From: an uncultured Cryomorphaceae bacterium
GTDB lineage: Bacteria; Bacteroidota; Bacteroidia; Flavobacteriales; UBA7430
Direction of reading: 5' to 3'
NCBI GenBank assembly: GCA_964516765.1
Contig: CAZEWZ010000001.1
Location: forward strand, 72,755 to 136,754
DNA length: 64,000 nucleotides
Both the position numbers and the translations under genes were made by a program. Shown piece by piece: positions 1-8,377 of this stretch. The stretch's first letter is position 1. Every line of letters begins with the position of its first letter. The notes beneath the pieces were generated by a model. The model made no database searches. It worked only from the letters and a program-made list of their open reading frames with translations, and was not told the DNA's origin.

Positions 1-422
1 GCATTATCATATCCTAAATTTCGCTCCTCGTAAGCCCTTAAAATCATTCCGCTACCAAATTGAGCATAAAAATTACCCACAGTTATATCCATGCCATCTT
101 TGTCAAATTGAATAAAGCGATATGAGATGTCCTCTCCTTGATATCCAGAAGGATAACCTAGCAGGGCATTTTGATAAGCTTCGTATCTGATTCCCGCACT
201 GAAATTATCAGTACGATATAGGATGTTGGCAAATCCATTGGATAAACCTCGTTCGTTGGGGAACCCTGAACTTGCATTGTTTAAGTTAAAATCGAGAGCA
301 TCATCTTCCACATAAAGTTGAAAGTCACTTTGAAAATTACCACTTAATTGCCCGTTTTGAATTCCTTGGGCATAGAGATTCTCTGCTAAGAGAATAAAAA
401 GAACAAGAAGTGAATGCTTCAT
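1..422 (-). pseudogene. Secreted outer-membrane beta-barrel-like protein. The gene runs off the left edge and its 5' end appears frameshifted.
   Basis: Absent from the ORF track. The minus-strand ATG at 420-422 encodes a signal peptide (MKHSLLVLFILLAENLYAQGI) but hits TAA at 336-338 and TGA at 324-326. The same frame is open from 323 to position 1 (ALDFNLNNASSGFPNERGLSNGFANILYRTDNFSAGIRYEAYQN...). The gap of about 60 nt is open only in another frame (QNGQLSGNFQSDFQLYVED). The composition looks porin-like; the family (DUF6029-like) is assigned from memory only. Confidence 0.45.
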
Positions 423-431
423 CAGAATAAG

Positions 432-920
432 TTATAATTTTAAAATTTCTTCATATAACTCCTCTTCATCTCCATCAAAATAGGACGTATGTTGCCAAAT
501 AATTTCTTTTTCTCCATTTAAAAGAAAAGTATGTGGAATTGCATTTACGTTTAAAGCTCTTTTAAGGTCGCTATTTGCATCAATATAGATATCAAAAGGC
601 CAATCCTTCCCATTGGCATATGGTGCTACTTTTGCCGCATTACGTGAGTCGTCAATTGAAATAGCAATTACTTTTACTCCAGTTTCATCTTGCCAGTCAT
701 TGTATATTTCAGATATGGCATCAAGTTCCTTTGCACAAGGCTTGCACCAGGTAGCCCAAAAGCTAATAACAATTGGTTTCCCGTTGTTTTCAAAATCGAT
801 TGTATTTACTGTTTTCCCTTCCAGTGATTTGAGGCTTATATTGGGTAGAAGGCTCTTTTGTGTTTGTGCAATTGTCAGTGAAGAACACATGGTAAAAAAG
901 ACAATCCATAATTTTCTCAT
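432..920 (-). CDS. TlpA/ResA-like thiol-disulfide oxidoreductase (thioredoxin fold), secreted
   Basis: 162 aa with an N-terminal signal peptide. Carries the FWATWCKPC CxxC active-site motif typical of the TlpA/AhpC-TSA family. Confidence 0.85.
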   Translation of the reverse strand: MRKLWIVFFTMCSSLTIAQTQKSLLPNISLKSLEGKTVNTIDFENNGKPIVISFWATWCKPCAKELDAISEIYNDWQDETGVKVIAISIDDSRNAAKVAPYANGKDWPFDIYIDANSDLKRALNVNAIPHTFLLNGEKEIIWQHTSYFDGDEEELYEEILKL

Positions 921-1106
921 AATAATAATAATTTAACATGATAGACAAAGATAGTAATATACATCGTTATTATTTCTATCAATATAGAATCTATCAATGT
1001 CTTTTTATATTATCCAATTGGGGATTTATAATTGTGAATTAATTCTTCAAGTAATTTTAATATTGGAAGAGATGATTTTACTATTTTTGATAAAAATTAG
1101 AATAAA

Positions 1107-1487
1107 ATGAACATACCAGAAGATTTAAAGTATACAAAAGATCACGAGTGGATTCGTCAAGAGGGGAATTATGTAGTGGTCGGGATTACTGATTTTGCTC
1201 AAAAAGAACTTGGAGATATTGTTTTTGTGGATGTAGACTCAGAAGGTGAAACCCTAGATAAAGAGGAAATTTTTGGGTCTGTTGAAGCTGTAAAAACTGT
1301 ATCTGATCTTTTTATGCCAATTTCAGGTGAATTGTTTGAATTTAACGAGTCCTTAGAGGAGAATCCAGACCTAGTGAATTCAGACCCCTATGGAGATGGA
1401 TGGATGATTAAAATTACATTTTCTGATGCTTCTCAGATGTTAGAACTTCTATCATCTAAGCAATACCAAGATTTAGTGGGTGCTTAG
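1107..1487 (+). CDS. gcvH: Glycine cleavage system protein H
   Basis: 126 aa. Has the YTKDHEWIR start and the lipoyl-lysine context [11 protein letters not shown], both diagnostic of GcvH. Confidence 0.93.
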   Translation: MNIPEDLKYTKDHEWIRQEGNYVVVGITDFAQKELGDIVFVDVDSEGETLDKEEIFGSVEAVKTVSDLFMPISGELFEFNESLEENPDLVNSDPYGDGWMIKITFSDASQMLELLSSKQYQDLVGA

Positions 1488-1866
1488 GCTATCGATATGG
1501 GCCACTATTTGGCCTTCTTTTTTTTGTATTATTCTACTTTCCTATGGTAGTTTGATGCAGAGTCCCTCTTCGCTGAATTTTTCTTTTCCCTATGTTGATA
1601 AAGTGATTCATTTTGTGTGTTATTTTATTTTTTCCATGGTACTTTATCTATATTCAATAGCTACTATTTTGGGAAAGGAAGAAAGTAAATTTCGATTTAT
1701 ATTTGTTTTAGGAATTGGTTCATTTATTGGACTTTCACTCGAAATAGCTCAAGCTGAATTTACTCTAGACCGATTGGGAGAATGGACAGATTTTTGTTTT
1801 AATTCCATCGGATTGATTTCAGCCTTTTTGATGATGGAAAGCTTAAAACACAAATCTGTTTTGTAA
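1480..1866 (+). CDS. VanZ-like membrane protein
   Basis: 128 aa with about 4 TM segments. Shows VanZ-type motifs DKVIHFVCY and E..Q.EF...R.....D...N..G. It has a GTG start that overlaps the gcvH stop by 8 nt. Confidence 0.6.
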   Translation: MLRLSIWATIWPSFFCIILLSYGSLMQSPSSLNFSFPYVDKVIHFVCYFIFSMVLYLYSIATILGKEESKFRFIFVLGIGSFIGLSLEIAQAEFTLDRLGEWTDFCFNSIGLISAFLMMESLKHKSVL

Positions 1867-1908
1867 TCCTTGACTAATTGTTTAATTTTATGCGAGAAAT
1901 AAATAATT

Positions 1909-2607
1909 ATGGAAATTAAAAAGAGTTCAAAAGCAAATTTAGAATCCAAAAGAGGACTGTTTACTCAAATTGGGTTAGTGTTTGCTCTTTCCGCTTCTCT
2001 TTTAGCTTTTGAGTGGAAAAGTTATGAAAAATCAGCTTCTGATTTAGGGACTATGGAGTTGTCCATTGATGACGAAGAGATGATTCCTATAACGCAGAGA
2101 GAAATCAAGCCCCCTCCCCCTCCCCCTCCACCCCCAGAAGTTATTCAGATTGTAGAGGACGATGTAGAAATCGAAGTAGAACTTGAAATTGAAGAGACTG
2201 ATTCTGACGAAGATGAAATCATAGAAATCGAAGAAGATGAAGAAGAAGATGAAATATTCAATTTTGCTGTTGTAGAGGATAAACCAGTTTTCCCTGGTTG
2301 TGAAGATGTTTCCAAAGAGGAACGGTATATGTGTTTTCAACAAGGAATTATGAAACACATTCGAAATAATTTCAAATATCCTGCAATACCTAAAGAAATG
2401 GGTGTGTCTGAAAAAATATTTGTTCAGTTTGTAATTGATAAGTCTGGGAAAATTACTAAATCAACCGTCGTTCGAGGAGAAGACAAGCACTTAAAGAAGG
2501 AAGCAATCCGTTTAGTTAATTCCATTCCAAAACTTAAAGCAGCAAAGCAACGGGGAAAACCAGTGCCCTGTAGTTTTACTGTTCCTATTAACTTTAAATT
2601 ACAATAA
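1909..2607 (+). CDS. tonB: Energy transducer TonB
   Basis: 232 aa. N-terminal TM anchor, a Pro9 run followed by an acidic E/D-rich spacer, and a C-terminal TonB domain (FPGC...FKYP...V.F.I...G.I....V). Confidence 0.85.
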   Translation: MEIKKSSKANLESKRGLFTQIGLVFALSASLLAFEWKSYEKSASDLGTMELSIDDEEMIPITQREIKPPPPPPPPPEVIQIVEDDVEIEVELEIEETDSDEDEIIEIEEDEEEDEIFNFAVVEDKPVFPGCEDVSKEERYMCFQQGIMKHIRNNFKYPAIPKEMGVSEKIFVQFVIDKSGKITKSTVVRGEDKHLKKEAIRLVNSIPKLKAAKQRGKPVPCSFTVPINFKLQ

Positions 2608-2632
2608 AAAAAACCGCGAAAGCGGTTTTTTT
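2606..2632 (+). terminator. Rho-independent terminator after tonB (an A-tract before and a T-tract after, so potentially bidirectional)
   Basis: The sequence is aaaaaaaCCGCgaaaGCGGttttttt, directly after the tonB stop codon. It forms a GC stem with a GAAA tetraloop and a T7 tail. Confidence 0.8.
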
Positions 2633-3590
2633 ATTCATTAATCTTTTCTCCAAATTCCATGGATCTTTCAAGGATAATTCTGCTTTCCAATTTTTTTTAC
2701 CTTTTCTGTTGCCATACATATTTAATCTCGGTCTTCATAGACTTTAGTCTCACCGAATAGTTTAACTCCAATTTGCATCTTCGAAAGATGTGCCTATTCT
2801 TGTCCACATATTTAATATTCGATAGCTTCCTTTTTGTTCTAAAGCAATCAATGACTTTAATTGAAAATGGTTATATTCATCACTATAATATAATCTTTAA
2901 TTCAAGCCCAGTCTGCGCTATTGTATTGATAACATGCACAGTAATGGATTCTCTTATTTATGCTGCTGTATGACTAAATGAAGGTGGTTAAATTAATTTG
3001 AATTCCAATAAGTACTGATGAGTTGGCGCCAATCGGATTGAAATAATATACGGTAATCGCTCGTTTAATTTGATTTGAGACAATCGGTTATCATATTTTA
3101 ACATATTTGCTTGGAGAAGCTTTTTGGCGATTGGTTTTTTTATCGGATGATTTCATTCCCAGTAAGATAATCAACCTTGTATAAACTTTAAATAAGAATG
3201 ATAAAATTTATCTTTCTACACCATATTTTTTCATTTGATCTTTTATAATTGTTAGGAATCCAATATTATTTTTGTAGTATAACAAATTATCAATCAACGC
3301 TTATCACACTACTTTTAAAGAAGCACAGTCAATCACTACAAAAATATCTTTTTTCTCAAATACAGTTTTTAAAGTTTCTTTGTTTGAGCAGTCAATTTGA
3401 TAATTAACTGGGTTTTTTAAATATTTTTTTAAGTTGGGTTAATAATCTAAGGTTCAGAATCACAAAAATTATAATGAAATAGAATCAGAATTTGATTTTG
3501 GAATACTACTGAGTAAAAGATTTTATATATCCTAAGACCCCTGTCAAAAGTATTTTTTTATTCAAGGTCTAATTAAATTATTTGCAACTA

Positions 3591-3650
3591 ATAGTTTGAT
3601 TAAACTTATTCAAAAATAATCTTATTTTTGAATAAGTTTAATCAAACTAT
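3591..3650. repeat. Perfect 29-bp inverted repeat with a 2-nt centre, 8 nt upstream of the UpxY-like start codon
   Basis: I checked every position by hand. 3591-3619 (atagtttgattaaacttattcaaaaataa) is exactly complementary to 3622-3650, giving 29/29 pairs. Only t3620/c3621 are unpaired. Confidence 0.95.
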
Positions 3651-3658
3651 AGGAAGAG

Positions 3659-4150
3659 ATGGATTGGATGGTTATTTATACCAAACCTAGAAATGAAAAA
3701 AAAGTTTATAAGCAACTTTCCTTAATGGGATATAAGGCTTACTGCCCTTGTCAAAAAATATTGAAACAATGGTCTGATCGAAAAAAATGGGTAGAGGAGC
3801 CAATTTTTAAATCTTATATCTTCATTCAAGCTCCCCAATCAGAAAAAGAAAAAATTGATATTCTTCAATCTCAAGGTGTTGTTCGTTTTCTCTACTGGTT
3901 GGGTAATCCCGCGATGGTAAAACAAATTGAAATTGACGCTATTAATTCATTTCTAATGGAGTATGATTCTATTCAGTCTCACACATTTGATTATGGAAGC
4001 ACTCTCAAGGTCAAAGAAGGGGCTTTGAAAGGCTCTGAAGGCATTGTTGTATACCAAACTAAAAATGAGGTAGTTATGAGGATAAATAGCTTAGGAATGG
4101 CACTTTCCGCACAGATATCAAAGTTAAAGGTAGAAGTTCTCAAATTATAG
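3659..4150 (+). CDS. UpxY-family (NusG-like) transcription antiterminator
   Basis: 163 aa. The N-terminus reads W.VIYTKPRNEKKV...L...G..AYCP......WSDRKK.VEEP.F.SY.F, an NGN-like domain. A C-terminal KOW-like segment (KVKEGALKGSEGIVV) follows. Confidence 0.8.
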   Translation: MDWMVIYTKPRNEKKVYKQLSLMGYKAYCPCQKILKQWSDRKKWVEEPIFKSYIFIQAPQSEKEKIDILQSQGVVRFLYWLGNPAMVKQIEIDAINSFLMEYDSIQSHTFDYGSTLKVKEGALKGSEGIVVYQTKNEVVMRINSLGMALSAQISKLKVEVLKL

Positions 4151-4480
4151 TACTTTTCTTAGGGCAACCAATTGATCTCTGATTTTCTTGAGTTCATTCA
4201 CAATTTCTATATTTCTAATTGTATCATTTTTATTTTCTCTTAGTTTTTTCTTTGCACCGGCTAGTGTATAGCCTCTTTCCTTTACTAGATGAAAAATTAT
4301 TTTGAAGTTTTCGATGTCTTTTTTAGTAAAAAAACGATTGCCTTTTTTATTTTTTTTCGGACGAATTATACTGAATTCTTTTTCCCAAAATCTAATTAAG
4401 GATTTATTAACATTAAACAAATCAGCAACTTCGCTAATGGAATAATAGACTTTTTTTATCGATTTACTGCTTAATACCAT
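4145..4480 (-). CDS. MerR-family transcriptional regulator
   Basis: 111 aa. Has the MerR-type HTH YSISEVADLFNVNKSLIRFWEKEF and a C-terminal coiled-coil-like tail. Confidence 0.8.
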   Translation of the reverse strand: MVLSSKSIKKVYYSISEVADLFNVNKSLIRFWEKEFSIIRPKKNKKGNRFFTKKDIENFKIIFHLVKERGYTLAGAKKKLRENKNDTIRNIEIVNELKKIRDQLVALRKVL

Positions 4481-4488
4481 GAAAGGTG

Positions 4489-5460
4489 TTAGTCAAAAGA
4501 TTGATTTTCTTGAGAGGATAATTCGAGCATTATATCAAATTCTTCAGCAGTAAGATCATTGAAGTAATAATTTACAGGATTGACTCTTTGCTTATCTTTT
4601 AAAACTTCGTAATGAAGATGAGGTGCTGTAGAGGTTCCAGAGTTTCCGATGTATCCAATTAGATCTCCACGGAATACTTTTTGGTTTTGTTTAACAGTAA
4701 ATTTATTTAAATGAGCATAGAATGTTTCATAGCCGTAACCATGATTAATTCGAAGCTGATTTCCGTAGCCTCGTTTGGATCGCTTAGCTTTGATGACATT
4801 TCCATTTCCTGTTGCATAGACAGGGGTGCCTTTTGGAGCTGAGAAATCCATGCCCCAGTGCATTTTCCGTGTCTTATAGATGGGGTGAATACGATAGCCA
4901 AATCCAGAAGCCATTCGTTTTAAATTCTTATTTGATACGGGCTGAATGGCCGGAATATGAGAAAGCATTTCGTCTTTGTGTACAACCATTTCAAGAACTT
5001 CATCAAAAGATTTCGACTGAACGTAAATGGCTTTTGATAGCTGATCTACTTTTTTATTCAGGTCTATGATTAAATTTGAATGGCTAAAACCTTCATATTT
5101 TTTATATCGATTGACTCCTCCATATCCAGCTTTTCTTATACTCGAATCAATTGGATCAGCTTCGAAAATAACTCTGTAAATATTGTCGTCTCGGTCTTGA
5201 ATTTCGTCTAAGATTACGAAAGAATTTTCAATTTGTTTATCCAGTAATTTATATTGTGCTTCTAGATGAAGAATTTCTCGAAGTAATTCTTTTTCTTTGG
5301 GAGAATCAAAAAATGTAAAAAATAAAGCGAGGATGGACATGGCAACGATATTACTACTTACCAAAAAAAGAAGAACATACTTAAAAATTTCAGTTTTTGA
5401 GCGTTCGATTTTTTTATAAGCCAATGCTTTTGTATCGTAATAATATTTGACCTTGCCCAT
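4489..5460 (-). CDS. M23 family metallopeptidase (membrane anchored)
   Basis: 323 aa with an N-terminal TM segment. Carries M23 signatures HWGMDFSAPKGTPVYA and GNSGTSTAPHLHYEV. Confidence 0.88.
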   Translation of the reverse strand: MGKVKYYYDTKALAYKKIERSKTEIFKYVLLFLVSSNIVAMSILALFFTFFDSPKEKELLREILHLEAQYKLLDKQIENSFVILDEIQDRDDNIYRVIFEADPIDSSIRKAGYGGVNRYKKYEGFSHSNLIIDLNKKVDQLSKAIYVQSKSFDEVLEMVVHKDEMLSHIPAIQPVSNKNLKRMASGFGYRIHPIYKTRKMHWGMDFSAPKGTPVYATGNGNVIKAKRSKRGYGNQLRINHGYGYETFYAHLNKFTVKQNQKVFRGDLIGYIGNSGTSTAPHLHYEVLKDKQRVNPVNYYFNDLTAEEFDIMLELSSQENQSFD

Positions 5461-5585
5461 GTGCTGAAATTTTGGCTAAATTTGTCTTAAATGTTTACAA
5501 ACTATCTTGCAATTTAAGAAAATCTTAATTAAGGCTGTAAATAGTTATTTGTGATTCACAATTAAAGTATTTTAAATAAACCCAC

Positions 5586-8198
5586 ATGAAGTCTCAGCAA
5601 ATCAGAAAAAAGTTTTTAGACTTTTTCGAGAACAAAGGTCATTCTTTTGTAAACTCGTCTCCTATTGTTATTAAAAATGACCCTACATTAATGTTTACAA
5701 ATGCAGGAATGAATCAGTTCAAAGATTTATTTCTAGGTGTCAACGAGGCTAAAAATAAGCGAATAGTTAATAGTCAGAAATGTCTCAGAGTCTCAGGAAA
5801 GCATAATGATTTGGAGGAAGTTGGTCACGACACTTATCATCACACTATGTTTGAGATGCTGGGTAATTGGTCTTTCGGAGATTATTTTAAAAAAGAAGCT
5901 ATTGATTGGGCATGGGAGTTATTGACCAAAGTATACGGTATCGATCCAAATCGACTTTATGTAACTGTATTTGAGGGTGCTAAAGAAGATCGATTAGAAA
6001 AAGATTTAGAATCTTTCAACTGTTGGAAATTTCATATTGATGAAGATCGCATTATTGATGGTTGTAAAAAAGATAATTTCTGGGAAATGGGCGAGATAGG
6101 GCCATGTGGTCCCTGCTCCGAAATTCATATCGATTTGCGACCGGACAATGAAAGATCTAAAATCGATGCCAGAACCTTAGTCAACCAAAATCACCCTCAA
6201 GTTGTTGAAGTTTGGAATTTGGTTTTTATTCAATACAATAGAATGTCTAATGGAGTATTAGAAGTCTTGCCCTTTAAGCATGTAGATACTGGGATGGGTT
6301 TGGAGCGACTAGCGATGGCTTTACAAGGAAAACAGTCCAACTATGATACAGATATTTTCACTCCTTTAATTGACCAATTATCTTCTATTACAGGCTTTAC
6401 TTACGGAGAAGATGAGGAGGTAGATATTGCACTTCGTGTAATATCAGATCATGTTCGGGCTATTGCTTTTGCTATTTCAGATGGGCAATTGCCCTCTAAT
6501 ACAGGGGCTGGATATGTGATTAGACGAATTCTTCGAAGAGCGGTGCGGTATGGCTTTACATTTTTGAATGTAAAACGTCCCTTTATGTACCGTTTAGTCA
6601 ATGTTTTAGTTAATCAAATGTCCGACTTTTTCCCAGGACTTACAAAACAACAGTCCTTGGTGGAAAGCGTCATACAAGAAGAAGAAAATTCTTTTATGCA
6701 CACCTTAGAAACTGGTTTAACTAGAATTGAGGAAGTATTAAAATCTTCTTCATCTGAAGTAATGGACGGGGCAAAGGCTTTTGAGTTGTATGATACTTTT
6801 GGTTTCCCCATAGATTTAACAGAATTAATTCTATCCGAAAGAGGCATGTCTATTGATATGTCTGGTTTTTCTATTGAAATGGCTAAGCAAAAAAATAGAT
6901 CTAGAACCTCTTCACATTTAGAAACTGACGATTGGGTAAAATTACTTTCTACCGAGACTAGCTTCATAGGTTTCGATTCGTTGAGTTCAGATATTAAAAT
7001 TAGTCAGTATAGAAAAGTGAAACAGAAGGGAGAATCTTTTTTTCAATTTGTATTCAATCAGACTCCATTTTATCCAGAGGGTGGAGGACAGATAGGAGAT
7101 CAAGGTTATATTAATTCTTCCTCTGAATCTATTTTTATTTTTGATACAAAAAAAGAAAATAATCTTATTATACACTTTGCAAAAAAACTTCCTAATAATC
7201 CTAAAGCAATTTTTTTTGCGCAGGTAGATTCTGGCAAAAGAAGACAAATTGAAAATAATCACTCTGCTACACATCTCTTGCATGAGGCGCTCAGGAATAC
7301 CCTAGGAACTCATGTTGAACAGAAAGGGTCCCTAGTCAATGATGAATATCTTCGCTTTGATTTTTCACATTTTTCAAAAATGTCCTTAGTGCAGATTCAG
7401 CAGGTAGAAGACGAGATTAATTTAAAAATCCAACAAAATATTTCCTTAGTAGAGAAACGATCTGTATCGATTAGCAATGCAAAAGAAATGGGTGCTATGA
7501 TGATATTTGGAGAGAAATACGGAGACAAAGTGCGTGTGATTAGCTTTGGGAGTTCGGTAGAACTTTGTGGGGGTTGTCATGTATCGACTACAGGTCAGAT
7601 TGGTTTTGTAAAAATAAGATTTGAAGCTGGAGTAGCTGCTGGAATAAGAAGAATTGAGGCTATTTCGTCTACTAAGGCCTTTGCTTATTACAGAAATGAA
7701 GAACAAATACTTCAACAAGTAAGAGTATTACTTAAGAATGCAAATGACCCTGTTAAAAACCTACGAGGTTTACTTCGTGAAAACGATGTTCTTAGTAAAA
7801 ATTTAGCTAAATTTTCTCTTGAAAAGGTGAAGCACTTAAAGCAGGAATTAATCCAATCATGCAGAAAAATAGGTGATATCAGTTTTATATCTGCTGAAGT
7901 TGACCTAGAACCCTCTGAAATGAAGGATATTTCTTTTGAATGTAAAAGCGAATTAGAAAATTTGGTCATTATTTTAGGTTCAATTAAAGCCGAAAAAGTA
8001 AACCTATCAATTGGGATTTCAAAAAATCTTGTCGTTCGAAAGTCATTAAATGCTGGTCAAATTATTAGAGAGATAGCCAAAGAAATTAATGGAGGTGGAG
8101 GTGGTCAAGCATTTTTTGCCACCGCGGGAGGGAGCAGACCAGAGGGACTTATTGCTGCTCTGAAAAAAATGGAAACTTTCTGTGAAGATTTAAGTTAA
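5586..8198 (+). CDS. alaS: Alanine--tRNA ligase
   Basis: 870 aa. Class II AlaRS motifs are present (FTNAGMNQFK, HHTMFEMLGNWSFGDYFK). The editing domain has HSATHLLH and the C-terminus has the GGGGG DHHA1 region. Confidence 0.97.
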   Translation: MKSQQIRKKFLDFFENKGHSFVNSSPIVIKNDPTLMFTNAGMNQFKDLFLGVNEAKNKRIVNSQKCLRVSGKHNDLEEVGHDTYHHTMFEMLGNWSFGDYFKKEAIDWAWELLTKVYGIDPNRLYVTVFEGAKEDRLEKDLESFNCWKFHIDEDRIIDGCKKDNFWEMGEIGPCGPCSEIHIDLRPDNERSKIDARTLVNQNHPQVVEVWNLVFIQYNRMSNGVLEVLPFKHVDTGMGLERLAMALQGKQSNYDTDIFTPLIDQLSSITGFTYGEDEEVDIALRVISDHVRAIAFAISDGQLPSNTGAGYVIRRILRRAVRYGFTFLNVKRPFMYRLVNVLVNQMSDFFPGLTKQQSLVESVIQEEENSFMHTLETGLTRIEEVLKSSSSEVMDGAKAFELYDTFGFPIDLTELILSERGMSIDMSGFSIEMAKQKNRSRTSSHLETDDWVKLLSTETSFIGFDSLSSDIKISQYRKVKQKGESFFQFVFNQTPFYPEGGGQIGDQGYINSSSESIFIFDTKKENNLIIHFAKKLPNNPKAIFFAQVDSGKRRQIENNHSATHLLHEALRNTLGTHVEQKGSLVNDEYLRFDFSHFSKMSLVQIQQVEDEINLKIQQNISLVEKRSVSISNAKEMGAMMIFGEKYGDKVRVISFGSSVELCGGCHVSTTGQIGFVKIRFEAGVAAGIRRIEAISSTKAFAYYRNEEQILQQVRVLLKNANDPVKNLRGLLRENDVLSKNLAKFSLEKVKHLKQELIQSCRKIGDISFISAEVDLEPSEMKDISFECKSELENLVIILGSIKAEKVNLSIGISKNLVVRKSLNAGQIIREIAKEINGGGGGQAFFATAGGSRPEGLIAALKKMETFCEDLS

Positions 8199-8377
8199 TT
8201 TTCGTCATTAAATATAGCTATTTATGGTTTGCTTGTCTGATTTTATTATTAGCGTATTTTTTGTGACACAAAAAAAGTTACCATTTTAGTTAAATTTTAC
8301 ACATAATAATGGTGATAACAACCACGCCAAATTTCTCTTTAAGCTTAGAATTAATTTTTGATTTTTAAAAATTAATA

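Noticed and set aside
613-936. 107-aa plus-strand ORF
   Set aside because: It is entirely antisense to the well-supported TlpA-like thioredoxin gene (432-920). It has no recognisable motifs and looks like a typical shadow ORF of an AT-rich genome.
937-1106. Possible glycine riboswitch upstream of gcvH
   Set aside because: I read the region and saw no conserved glycine-aptamer core sequences or paired tandem aptamer structure. It is AT-rich spacer only.
2044-2358. 104-aa minus-strand ORF inside tonB
   Set aside because: It is the antisense reading of the Pro-rich and acidic low-complexity linker of TonB. The F/I/N-rich sequence is an artefact.
2773-2973. 66-aa plus-strand ORF in the 1-kb gap
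   Set aside because: It has no motif, an atypical composition and no supporting context. The region looks decayed in all frames.
3571-3600. TATTTGCAACTAATAGTTTG upstream of the UpxY-like gene as a fifth copy of the CAAC-N3-GTTG operator
   Set aside because: Only the left half-site (GCAAC) matches. The spacing is 4 nt and the right half is AGTTT, so the resemblance is probably just promoter-like sequence.
6614-7969. Four minus-strand ORFs (6614-6967, 6987-7283, 7446-7718, 7712-7969)
   Set aside because: All are antisense to alaS, whose full-length conserved translation explains the region.
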